From a virus, in IMG/VR virus record IMGVR_UViG_3300020036_009482, positions 1 to 34,715 of that record: a stretch of DNA of 34,715 nucleotides, one strand, 5' to 3'. Both the position numbers and the translations under genes were made by a program. The notes beneath the pieces were generated by a model. The model was not told the DNA's origin. It saw only the letters and a program-made list of their open reading frames with translations, and made no database searches. Below, piece after piece: positions 25,685 through 34,434 of this stretch (the first letter of the stretch is position 1; the number at the start of each line of letters is the position of its first letter).

Positions 25685-27889
25685 ATGTCTAGCAACTTCG
25701 ACGCCTTTGAATCTGACTCAGATACTTACGTCAACAAACCCAAAGAAGAAATTTGGGAACTAGGGGATATCTATTCGAAAGATAAATGGGATGAGGTAGC
25801 CAAATGGCTTGTCGGCCAAAAGAACTGGCTTCAAAGTGAAAACAGAGAACGCTTTAGATCCATTGAACACAACCTCTCGTTGTATAAAGGTATTCAATAC
25901 CAATCTCAGTCGATAAAAGAATCCGCAAGAGACCAAGGTATCGATAGATCTCAAAGCATTACTAAGATCGTCAGCAATCACATTTACGATCTCGTTCAAA
26001 ACAAAGTCAGTCGATTAATTAAGTATCGACCGGGAATTGTGGCCCTACCTACATCTAACGAGCTTGAAGATAGGGTTGGCGCTAAGATGAGCGAGAGTCT
26101 CATCCGTCACATTTGGTATCTCCAAGACTTCGAGGGCAAAGTTCAAAACGAGTTTGTGAAACTTGTTCACGTTATGGGTGAGGCCTACCTTGCTGTTTTG
26201 TGGGATCCAAACCAAGGCGAAATCCACGAGGACATGAGGGATTACCTTAAGGACCTTAATGAAAAAGGTGAGGTAATTCTTAAGTCTGACGATGGCACTC
26301 CAGAACTTGATGAAGAAGGTAAACCAATCAAACTAACCAAGGCTGTTAAATACGGTGATACGGTTTATGAGATTTGGTTTACGATGGATTGTTTGCTTGA
26401 GCGTAAAGATCAGTACGCAAAAGTAGATTACATGTATCACCGGGAACTTAAGAGCCGTGGTGAGATTAAAAGAAAATATCCTGAAGCCTTAGATCAAACC
26501 ACAGCCGATGATGGCAATAATTATTACGACTACGAAAAGATGCAGGTTAAGAAGCTGCATGACAAGGTTGCGGTATGGACCTTCTATCACCGTAAGACTG
26601 AAAACCTACCTAAGGGCGCAGTAATTAAACTCATTGGAAATAAGGTGGTTGAATGTAAACCACTTCCCTACACAAGCGGACAATTGCCAGTTGAAAGACT
26701 TACTGACATTGATCTACCAGGCCAAGTTCATGGCGAATCCTTTATTACGATGATCAAAGGATTAACGGGAACATACAATAATTTAACGAACATTATTTTA
26801 AGAAACCAAGTAATGGTTTCGCATCCTAAATGGGTGTTCCCAGCTGGTTCTATTAAGAAGGAATCACTTGGTAACGACATCACACTTGTCGAATATAAGG
26901 GTCCACAGCCTCCGGCGCTAGTGCAACAAAACCCAACACCGGCTGAGGTATTTACCTTTAGAGACAACCTTAAGACTGAGTTTCAACAAATATCGGGCAT
27001 CTTTGGAGTTAGTCGAGGTGAGCCGCCTCCAGGAATTAAAGCAGGCGTTGCGCTTCAGTTCTTAGCCGAGCAAGAAAACGAACGATTTAACGAAATGGTT
27101 CTTAAGTACAACGAATGGATAAGACAGGTTGCTGTTAAAACTCTTGAGCGTTGTGCAGATAACTACGAGGCCGATGATAAACGAATGATCATGGTTCTTG
27201 GCACCCAGAATAAATGGATGACCACGTTCTTTGATGTGAAGTATTTAACTAGGAAATACGACGTTAGAGTTCAAAACGCCTCAGCCCTTCCACAAAGCAA
27301 AGCAGCTAGAACCCAATATCTTTTAGATTTAAATCAACAATTCCCTGAGCAAGTTCCTCCGGAAATGGTTTTAGACCTTTTAGATATATCTCAGCCTGAG
27401 AAGTTTATTGATTATTCAACCGCTACGGTAAGAGCGGCTGAAGCTGAGAACGAATCTATTATGCAAGGAGTGGGTAAGCTTAATGACCCACAAGACTACG
27501 AAGATCACATTATGATGTGGAAAGTTCACGTTAAACAAATGCGTGAGTGGTCATTTAAAAACCAAACTCCACAAGAGATTCAGCAAAGAATGAAAGATCA
27601 TGTAGCGGCTCACGAGATGCTCATGATTGATCGGGCTCAAAAGAATCCCGCTTATTTAGAACAGTGTATGGCATTACCAGGCTGGCCGATATTCTTCCCA
27701 ATTGAATCGGCTATGCCTGCTCCAAGCCCAGCTCCAATCGGTCCAGAAGCAGGCCCTCCCGCTGAAGGACCCATTGGGGCTGAGCCTGGTTTACCCGTGA
27801 ACATACCTCCGGCTGAACTTGTAGATCAGTTGGAGGCAGAAAATATTACGCCCACAGGAGGCCCTATCGAACCATCAACAGCCATATAG
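25685..27889 (+). CDS. portal protein
   Basis: 734-aa ORF directly after terL and before the scaffold and coat genes. It has a P/A/G-rich C-terminal tail. Assignment rests mainly on size and synteny. Confidence 0.75.
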   Translation: MSSNFDAFESDSDTYVNKPKEEIWELGDIYSKDKWDEVAKWLVGQKNWLQSENRERFRSIEHNLSLYKGIQYQSQSIKESARDQGIDRSQSITKIVSNHIYDLVQNKVSRLIKYRPGIVALPTSNELEDRVGAKMSESLIRHIWYLQDFEGKVQNEFVKLVHVMGEAYLAVLWDPNQGEIHEDMRDYLKDLNEKGEVILKSDDGTPELDEEGKPIKLTKAVKYGDTVYEIWFTMDCLLERKDQYAKVDYMYHRELKSRGEIKRKYPEALDQTTADDGNNYYDYEKMQVKKLHDKVAVWTFYHRKTENLPKGAVIKLIGNKVVECKPLPYTSGQLPVERLTDIDLPGQVHGESFITMIKGLTGTYNNLTNIILRNQVMVSHPKWVFPAGSIKKESLGNDITLVEYKGPQPPALVQQNPTPAEVFTFRDNLKTEFQQISGIFGVSRGEPPPGIKAGVALQFLAEQENERFNEMVLKYNEWIRQVAVKTLERCADNYEADDKRMIMVLGTQNKWMTTFFDVKYLTRKYDVRVQNASALPQSKAARTQYLLDLNQQFPEQVPPEMVLDLLDISQPEKFIDYSTATVRAAEAENESIMQGVGKLNDPQDYEDHIMMWKVHVKQMREWSFKNQTPQEIQQRMKDHVAAHEMLMIDRAQKNPAYLEQCMALPGWPIFFPIESAMPAPSPAPIGPEAGPPAEGPIGAEPGLPVNIPPAELVDQLEAENITPTGGPIEPSTAI

Positions 27890-27906
27890 TGAGGAGAAAA
27901 TAAATA

Positions 27907-29058
27907 GTGGAAAGCGCCTTTGATTCAATAATGGAAACCCCGCAGGCACCTGCCGAACCCGTCGTTAAACAAGGTGGATCGGCCAGTCAGATGAGTGATG
28001 AAGAGATTAACGTTTTGGACGTAAATGAGAACGACCCAAAAGAAATCGTTAAAAAGGATCTTGCTGGCAAAGTTGACGATATTGATAAATCTAGAAAGCA
28101 AGAAAAGGACACCGGCAAAAAAGCGGTTGAAGAGCTTAAGGCTGACGATAAAAAAGAGCTAGAAGCTAAACTTAAGAAATACTTGTTTAAGAAAGGCGAT
28201 AACGCCTTGGAAATAGACGAGGATTACGAGTTCACTCACAAGATCAACGGTAAGACAGAGACCTTCAAGGTTAAAGATTTGCTTAATGACTTTGCAGGGA
28301 AAACTGATTGGTCGCGTAAATACAATTCATTGCATCAAGAGCGTACGAAATTCACACAGGAACGCGATACAATGTATAATAAAATTCAAGAATTCCACCG
28401 ATTAGCTGTGGAGGAGAAGGCCCCTCAACTTGCGCTAGAGTACTTGGCGGAGTCGATGGGTGTAGATCCAAAGCAGTTTTGGCAGGAATTTAAGAAGACC
28501 GTCGAGGGGTCGGTCGCTCAATCTGCAAACCTCACGCCCGAAGAAAAACGGGCTAAGGAGCTGGAGCAGGAAATTGAGTACTACCGCAAGCGCGATGAGA
28601 TTAAACGCAGAGAGACCGAGGTTAATAAACAAAACCAAGAGCTCTTAGGGCGGATAAAAGAAACTCAAAGCAAATACGGAATGAACCCCGAACAATTCAA
28701 GGCTTGTTACGATGACATGGTAGCTGAGGCCCAAAAGATTGGTTTTGATGTCTCTAAGCTTACCCCTGAACAGGTTGGAGAGTATTTCGATATTCTCAAT
28801 AAGCAAGAGCAAGTGACTTCGTTAGTTCTAGAAATGGCTGGCGACGATCAGAAAGCTCTCGCGCTTAAAGATGACTTGTATCAAGCGTGGAAAGCAAATC
28901 CTCAATTCACCATTGAGGACATCAAAGACATTGCGACTTCAGTCTTTGGCACACCCCAGAAATCTTCATCAAGACTGGCGCAAAAAGTAAAAAAAGAACA
29001 ACAACAAACAAAGAAAAGTCTTCCACAGTTTGAGCCACTCTCAGGTTGGGATGACTAA
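27907..29058 (+). CDS. scaffolding protein
   Basis: 383-aa K/E-rich helical ORF between the portal and coat genes. Confidence 0.6.
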   Translation: MESAFDSIMETPQAPAEPVVKQGGSASQMSDEEINVLDVNENDPKEIVKKDLAGKVDDIDKSRKQEKDTGKKAVEELKADDKKELEAKLKKYLFKKGDNALEIDEDYEFTHKINGKTETFKVKDLLNDFAGKTDWSRKYNSLHQERTKFTQERDTMYNKIQEFHRLAVEEKAPQLALEYLAESMGVDPKQFWQEFKKTVEGSVAQSANLTPEEKRAKELEQEIEYYRKRDEIKRRETEVNKQNQELLGRIKETQSKYGMNPEQFKACYDDMVAEAQKIGFDVSKLTPEQVGEYFDILNKQEQVTSLVLEMAGDDQKALALKDDLYQAWKANPQFTIEDIKDIATSVFGTPQKSSSRLAQKVKKEQQQTKKSLPQFEPLSGWDD

Positions 29059-29072
29059 TAACGAGGAGCCAA

Positions 29073-29384
29073 ATGGCAACATTTAACTTAACCTCCGCTA
29101 CTAATCTTTTTAAGATTAAGTACGGAAAACTATCAGCAGAAACCTATAACGCAGCAAACGTAATGCTCGGACGAGTAAAGAAAGAATATAACTTTACCGG
29201 TAAGAGAATGGACGTTGCAGTTCCTACCTCCTTTTCAGGCGGTGTTGGTGCTGGATCGCTACCCCTAGCTAACTCAGCGGCTTACCAAGACGCTCAGATT
29301 ACAGCTAAGAAGAACTACTCGGTTGTTGAAATCGAGCGTGAAGCAATTGCTGCATCTGAAAATGATGAAGGCGCTTTCGTCCGT
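29073..29384 (+). CDS. major capsid protein, exon 1 of 3
   Basis: GAGGAG RBS upstream. The N-terminus is MATFNLTSATNLFKIKYGKL... The unspliced frame runs 6 codons into the insert and stops at 29400-29402. Confidence 0.75.
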
Positions 29385-29638
29385 ATGGTTATTGCGGCTT
29401 AAGGTAGGAATACCTTTTGTAAATTGGGCAAAATCGGTGAACTCTGAGATGAGAATACCGAGGTAAGCTAGAGAGTTAAAATAATCTAGCCACCGTAACG
29501 CGTAGTGGGTGACCCCCGAAAGGGAATATAAACCACCAAGAGTGTCCGACTCCCCGAACGGGAGATAATGTACGCTGAGCTAACTCGAATAAAAGGGTTA
29601 GAAGTAGGGGATAAAAAGCCTCTACGATAACAGGTCTG
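29385..29638 (+). ncRNA. group I-like (IA-type, P7.1-bearing) intron 1 in the coat gene, ORF-less
   Basis: Helices P1-P9.1 can be drawn (see findings). A paralogous copy with compensatory changes is at 30427-30683. Boundaries are inferred from P1 (CCGU/GCGG), a terminal G, and frame restoration. Confidence 0.65.
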
Positions 29639-30426
29639 ATGACCAAAGAAGTTGTTAAAAAGGGTGTTGAATCCTTTAACCGCAACATCAGCCGTCAGCT
29701 TTTCGGTTCTGGTAGCCTTGGTGTTACAACTGCAGCTGCCGCTGGCGGTACTGCTACTGCACCCACAGTAATCATTTCTACGGCTACATGGAAGGAAGCC
29801 AATTTCGAAGAAAAGGATTACATCATGGTTGATTCTGTAGCTAACCCCTACAGCACATCAAACATCTGGGAAATCACTGCGGTTGCTCCTAGCACCCGTA
29901 CACTTACTCTTGCTCGAATTGCTGGATCGGTAGACTTGACCGGTGATAGCGGAGCTAAGACTTTGTACATGCAGTATTCCAAAGACAATGAACTCACTGG
30001 TCTTAAGACTGCTTTGGACGCCACTTCTGGAACCCTTTACGGTGTAACCGTTGGTCGACGATGGCAGGCTTTCCAAAAAGCTGCCGGCGGTTCAGGTCTT
30101 ACCACCGATTTCATGAACGAAGTTATGCTCGGAGTTGAGCGTCAGTGTGGCAAAGTGCCCAACCTCATCATCACAAGCTACGTTCAATACCGCAAACTCT
30201 TGAACCAACTCGAAGATCAGAAACAATACATCATTGAGCCCAGGATGCCTGAACTCAAAGGTAAGGTTTCTTTCCGAGGCGTTGAGTTCATGAGCAATGC
30301 TGGTCCTGTAGGTGTGTTTGTTGATCGTTTCGTTGAAGACGACAGAATGTACTTCTTGAACGATAACTTCATGACCATCTATCACCGACCCGGATCTCCT
30401 GCTTGGGCAGAAGACGACGGAACCGT
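29639..30426 (+). CDS. major capsid protein, exon 2 of 3
   Basis: Open frame continuous with exon 1 after the insert is removed. It contains ...FNRNISRQLFGSGSLG... and ...WAEDDGTV. Confidence 0.75.
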
Positions 30427-30683
30427 AAACTTAGCTATTGCGGCTTGAGGTAGGAATATCTCATGTAACTTCGGGCAAAATCGGTGAACCCTGAAACGGG
30501 AATACCGAGGTAAGTTGGGATTAAAAGCCCCCAACCACCGTAACGCGTAGTAGGTGAAACTCGAAAGAGAATATAAACCTACCAAGAGTGTCCGAGACCC
30601 AGAACGGGTTAAAATGTACGCTGAGCTTATTCGAACAAAAGAATAAGAAGTAGGGGATAAAAAGCCCTTACGGTAACAGACTG
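30427..30683 (+). ncRNA. group I-like intron 2 in the coat gene, ORF-less, paralogous to intron 1
   Basis: It has the same helix set as intron 1, the same 5' context CCGT|A, and the same 3' end ...AACAG(N)CTG|AT. Confidence 0.65.
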
Positions 30684-30792
30684 ATTTCTAAGAAAAGCAT
30701 CTGCGGATGACTACGAAGGACGATACGTGTCCTATAGCGAATTCTATTGCCCCCCGTCATTTCATGGGGTGCTCACAGGACTTGCTACCTAA
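30684..30792 (+). CDS. major capsid protein, exon 3 of 3
   Basis: A 36-codon open frame with no start codon or RBS, encoding (V)FLRKASADDYEGRYVSYSEFYCPPSFHGVLTGLAT. A terminator follows. Confidence 0.65.
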
Positions 30793-30813
30793 TTAACGTT
30801 AGAATTCTAAGAG

Positions 30814-30841
30814 CCTAGACCCCACGGTGGGTCTAGGTTTT
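30814..30841 (+). terminator. intrinsic terminator after the coat gene
   Basis: CCTAGACCC (30814-30822) pairs with GGGTCTAGG (30829-30837) around a 6-nt loop, followed by TTTT. Confidence 0.75.
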
Positions 30842-30875
30842 AGAGTTTTATAAACACCTACGAGGGGATAAAAAA

Positions 30876-31214
30876 ATGTTACGAGAAATTAAAGGCACAC
30901 AAAGACTTCCACGAGTTCTTGCTTTCAGGGTTGATGGCACTGGAACGGCTTCTATTTTAGAAGGCTCGTTTGATGCAGCATTAACTGACAACGGAACTGG
31001 AGATTATACGCTTACATTCACAAAAGCGTTTGCAAGAACTCCTGTTGTTGTTGTTACTCCTATTGGCGCATCTGGAGATGTTATTGCCACTCTAGATACT
31101 ATCAGCACAACTGCAGTGATTATTAACACCTGGGATGGAACTGATGGTACCACTGCTAAGGACGCCGACTTTCACGTTCTAGTTCACGGCTGGGATGCGG
31201 CGGACGCAACATAA
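30876..31214 (+). CDS. small beta-rich head-associated (decoration?) protein
   Basis: 112 aa with a GAGGGG RBS. It is the first gene after the coat terminator. Confidence 0.5.
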   Translation: MLREIKGTQRLPRVLAFRVDGTGTASILEGSFDAALTDNGTGDYTLTFTKAFARTPVVVVTPIGASGDVIATLDTISTTAVIINTWDGTDGTTAKDADFHVLVHGWDAADAT

Positions 31215-31591
31215 TGGCTTCTACACAAAGAGTTCAGCTTTATAGCGCGACTGCTTTGACTGCTACAAGCACGAACGGGGATCGCGTAGGCCTCCCCACT
31301 CGAGCCCGCAATCCGATTGGATACCTAACGGTCGCAAACGCGAACGGAGCAACCACGGTCGCTGCAAAAATCCAACATAGCCCTGACGGGGTTGTTGGCT
31401 GGACGGATTTGATTACGTTCACAACGACTTCGGCTGGAGCTTCGGCCAATGAGGTAATACTTCCTACCGTAGGGGTAGGGGTTCTCATTGATCGGGTTCT
31501 CCCGCACGTCAGAGCAGTAATTGTATTGGGTGGAGCTACTAAATTAGCTGACGTTACAGTTGATATGTATGTAGAAAACTACTCGGGATAA
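31214..31591 (+). CDS. hypothetical structural protein; domain related to the C-terminus of the next gene
   Basis: 125 aa. AAKIQHSPDGVVGWTDL parallels VAQFSPDSGTTWCDY in the 31597 ORF. Confidence 0.5.
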   Translation: MASTQRVQLYSATALTATSTNGDRVGLPTRARNPIGYLTVANANGATTVAAKIQHSPDGVVGWTDLITFTTTSAGASANEVILPTVGVGVLIDRVLPHVRAVIVLGGATKLADVTVDMYVENYSG

Positions 31592-31596
31592 TTTAG

Positions 31597-33555
31597 ATGT
31601 CTTCTAGAATAAAAGAAGGCCTAACTAAATTTCACGGGGAGATAGAATTCACGGCAACCGGGGTTATTGGTCCAACGGCCAGTAACCCTTGGTTTGTTGG
31701 TGGAGAAAACTCGCTTCGTATTGCCATTGAAAACGTAGGCGGCTCAAATGAAGTCGTAGTTTATGGCAAGATAAGAAACCAGGCCGCATTTGTTACGCTA
31801 ACAACGATAACCGGCGGTACTACGGGTACAACTGTAGATATTTCGGTAATCGATGACGTGTATTTTGAATGCACGGTTTATTCGGCCTCAGGTGGAACTC
31901 CTAAACTTGTCGCGTCTGGATTTGTTGTGCCTGGTAGTGGAGGAGGTGGTGGTGGAACTGTTGATCAGGGAAATCCAAATACTCTTGCCAATGCATGGCC
32001 CGTCGAGATTACCGATGGCACTGATTCTGTTTTAGTTACAGCGGCAGGAGAGCTAAATGTTATAGCAAGTGCTCAGCCTGGAGTAGACATTGGAGACGTT
32101 ACTGTAAACAATGCCGGTGGAGCTTCGGCAGTAAACATTCAAGACGGTGGTAACTCGATTACAGTTGATGGAACTGTGGCGGCTACTCAAAGTGGTACAT
32201 GGGTTCTTGGTGCTAATTCAGGAGTAGATATTGGTGATGTTACAATCAACAATGCCTCAGGAGCATCGGCTGTAAATATTCAAGACGGCGGTAACTCAAT
32301 CACTGTAGATAATGCTGCACTTTCAGTTGTCGGCGGCGGAACCGAGGCCACGGCATTAAGGGTAACAATAGCAAACAACTCAACTGGAGTTTTGTCAGTT
32401 GATGATAATGGTGGATCACTCACAGTTGATGGGACAGTAGCTGCCACACAATCAGGCACATGGAATATAAACAACGTTTCTGGAACGGTAAGTTTACCGA
32501 CGGGTGCCGCGACACTTGCTGAACAACAAACACAAACCGCCTCTTTATCGGTGTTAGATGATTGGGATGAAACTGATAGAGCTAAAGTAAATCCAATTGT
32601 GGGACAAGCAGGTGTTCAGGGTGGAAGTGGAACGGTTAGCGCCAACACTCAACGAGTTGTTTTAGCAACGGATGTTGGATTGCCTACTGGCTCCAATACC
32701 ATTGGTACTGTCAATGCTCAGCAATCCACGGCCTCTAGTTTAAATGCTCAAGTTGTAGGTTCTGGAGCTAACGGGTCAGCGATCGGAAATCCAGTTACAA
32801 TGGCCATGCAGGATCTCACCACTGGACTTAGGGCTATCCCAAATACTTTCCCATTCTCAGGAGCTCAGTTTCAACTTTGTTTAGTCCCTGATTTGCTTTT
32901 AAATTTTCAAGTTTTCAATGCTGATGGTTCTGCAAATTCTAGAACAGGATCTCCTGATGGAACTCTTGCAAACGCTGTTTATTTAGCCACTGATTCTAGT
33001 AGAAACCAGCTTATCGTTGGAAACATTGCACACGACGCCACAGACTCAGGAAATCCAATAAAGATAGGTGGTAAGACTACAAGTCTAACAAGTGAGCCAA
33101 CGGCGGTTAGTGCTGCAGGTGATAGAGCGGATGCTTATTTTGATACCAAGGGGTATCAGCATGTTAAGTCAAATGCGCACAGATTGGGAATAACGACCCT
33201 TCATAATGCGGTCACATTCAACAACACGACAACGTCTTCGAACTCATCCTCGGTTGATTTAAGCCGATATCGATATGCAAAGATTTTCTTTGTTTTAACT
33301 AAAGCCGGATCACCAACTTCAATTTCAATCGTTGCACAATTCTCTCCAGATTCTGGAACGACTTGGTGTGATTACAGAGACTGGGAATGGAGTAATTTAA
33401 TTTACGTTGCCAATCAAATCCCACTGAATGAATGTTTAGCGCTGAATGCGGCTGGAGGAGCTTTGGGCTCTCTTTTCAGATTAAGAGCAGTAGCCTCGGG
33501 GACGACGGCTGTAAATACAATAACATTAACTTCATACATAGATGCGCTAACCTAG
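31597..33555 (+). CDS. repeat-containing fibre / head-fibre-like structural protein
   Basis: 652 aa with a Gly run (GSGGGGGG). It carries internal repeats of about 40 aa: DIGDVT(V/I)NNA.GASAVNIQDGGNSITVD(G/N)...TVAATQSGTW. Confidence 0.55.
   Translation: MSSRIKEGLTKFHGEIEFTATGVIGPTASNPWFVGGENSLRIAIENVGGSNEVVVYGKIRNQAAFVTLTTITGGTTGTTVDISVIDDVYFECTVYSASGGTPKLVASGFVVPGSGGGGGGTVDQGNPNTLANAWPVEITDGTDSVLVTAAGELNVIASAQPGVDIGDVTVNNAGGASAVNIQDGGNSITVDGTVAATQSGTWVLGANSGVDIGDVTINNASGASAVNIQDGGNSITVDNAALSVVGGGTEATALRVTIANNSTGVLSVDDNGGSLTVDGTVAATQSGTWNINNVSGTVSLPTGAATLAEQQTQTASLSVLDDWDETDRAKVNPIVGQAGVQGGSGTVSANTQRVVLATDVGLPTGSNTIGTVNAQQSTASSLNAQVVGSGANGSAIGNPVTMAMQDLTTGLRAIPNTFPFSGAQFQLCLVPDLLLNFQVFNADGSANSRTGSPDGTLANAVYLATDSSRNQLIVGNIAHDATDSGNPIKIGGKTTSLTSEPTAVSAAGDRADAYFDTKGYQHVKSNAHRLGITTLHNAVTFNNTTTSSNSSSVDLSRYRYAKIFFVLTKAGSPTSISIVAQFSPDSGTTWCDYRDWEWSNLIYVANQIPLNECLALNAAGGALGSLFRLRAVASGTTAVNTITLTSYIDALT
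32080..32463 (+). repeat. intragenic degenerate direct repeats (32080-32202, 32221-32316, partial 32410-32463)
   Basis: The copies align by eye and differ mostly at third codon positions. Confidence 0.8.
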
Positions 33556-33559
33556 ACGT

Positions 33560-34219
33560 ATGGCTACAGATATTCTTTATTTTGATTCTGCAACCGGAAA
33601 CTACATTAGCGGACAATACAAAATAACGCCTGATTTACAGGACTTCACTTTTATGAGGCGGCAGGTTTATGGAATCACAAAAACCACAAATACCGTTTAT
33701 GTAGTAACACATATGGGAGTCCCCACTACCAGTGAAAGCAGAACTATAACGTTAACCACGCCAGGCGCAGGACAGGTTAAGGGAATCACAAACGATAGAA
33801 GGTATTTAATAGGACTATATCAATTTACTGCTCCGGGAGTGGATTCTTTTGTAAAGTGGGATTTTAGTGGGAAATTTTTCAGCGTTGTCCCAAACAGAGA
33901 GGGGATTGACAAAAGGTATGAATTTCTTTGTTTTTTTAGAAGATATTTTTACACTCTAGTTACGAATTCGGCTCCAAATGAGGTTCATTGTTATGACCCG
34001 TACACCGGAGAACTTATTTATACCTTTCCAGTCTCAGTTTCTAAAATAACAGGCGGGATTACTAGCGACAGGCATGGCTTGTGGATAATTGATATCGAAA
34101 ATGGATTTACTTTAAATTATTCGGCCACCGGGGAGCTCCTTAGAAAAATCCCCAGCTCAGGAAAGCCTGAAATGGGTATTGCGTTCAACGGAAGATATAA
34201 AATGATTGGAGTTACATGA
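33560..34219 (+). CDS. hypothetical virion protein
   Basis: 219-aa beta-rich ORF. Confidence 0.55.
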   Translation: MATDILYFDSATGNYISGQYKITPDLQDFTFMRRQVYGITKTTNTVYVVTHMGVPTTSESRTITLTTPGAGQVKGITNDRRYLIGLYQFTAPGVDSFVKWDFSGKFFSVVPNREGIDKRYEFLCFFRRYFYTLVTNSAPNEVHCYDPYTGELIYTFPVSVSKITGGITSDRHGLWIIDIENGFTLNYSATGELLRKIPSSGKPEMGIAFNGRYKMIGVT

Positions 34220-34425
34220 GCTCAATATCTTTAACCAATGGACCACAATTACGAATAGAAATTCTTAAAAAATTAATCATTCTTTATCTTATGGGCCCGG
34301 CTGAACAAGGTCCAGCAGCAATCACCGCAATTAATCAAGTGTTTCAAGAAAAGGGATACACGGTTGATGAAATAGATACAGCGATAAATTTACTGATTGC
34401 CGAAGGTAAAATCCAGCAATCTTAA
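34216..34425 (+). CDS. hypothetical small protein
   Basis: 69-aa ORF with a 4-nt overlap to the upstream gene. Confidence 0.5.
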   Translation: MSSISLTNGPQLRIEILKKLIILYLMGPAEQGPAAITAINQVFQEKGYTVDEIDTAINLLIAEGKIQQS

Positions 34426-34434
34426 AGGAACAAT

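Noticed and set aside
29635-29648. CTGATGA ... GAA(A) near the 3' end of insert 1, reminiscent of a hammerhead ribozyme core.
   Set aside because: It is not conserved in insert 2, which has CTGATTT, and no flanking stems fit a hammerhead.
29401-29651. Alternative intron boundaries. These place the 5' splice site after the T of the in-frame stop (29400 / 30446) and the 3' site after AAGAA(A)AG (29651 / 30697). Both introns would then be 251 nt, with junctions ...VIAA|FVKKG... and ...LAIAA|SSADDYEG...
   Set aside because: This model also restores the frame, so it cannot be fully excluded. It requires 10 identical exon nucleotides (ATTGCGGCTT) at two unrelated codon contexts. It takes GGGC as the internal guide, which removes the otherwise canonical P3-AAA-P4 arrangement. 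It also extends the introns beyond the point where the two copies stop being similar (CTG|AT). Only cDNA sequencing can settle it.
29476-29688. Minus-strand ORFs inside the inserts (29476-29688 and 30382-30585), considered as possible homing endonuclease genes.
   Set aside because: They are antisense to the element and run across conserved helices and into the exons. They are not conserved between the two copies and show no LAGLIDADG, GIY-YIG or HNH motifs.
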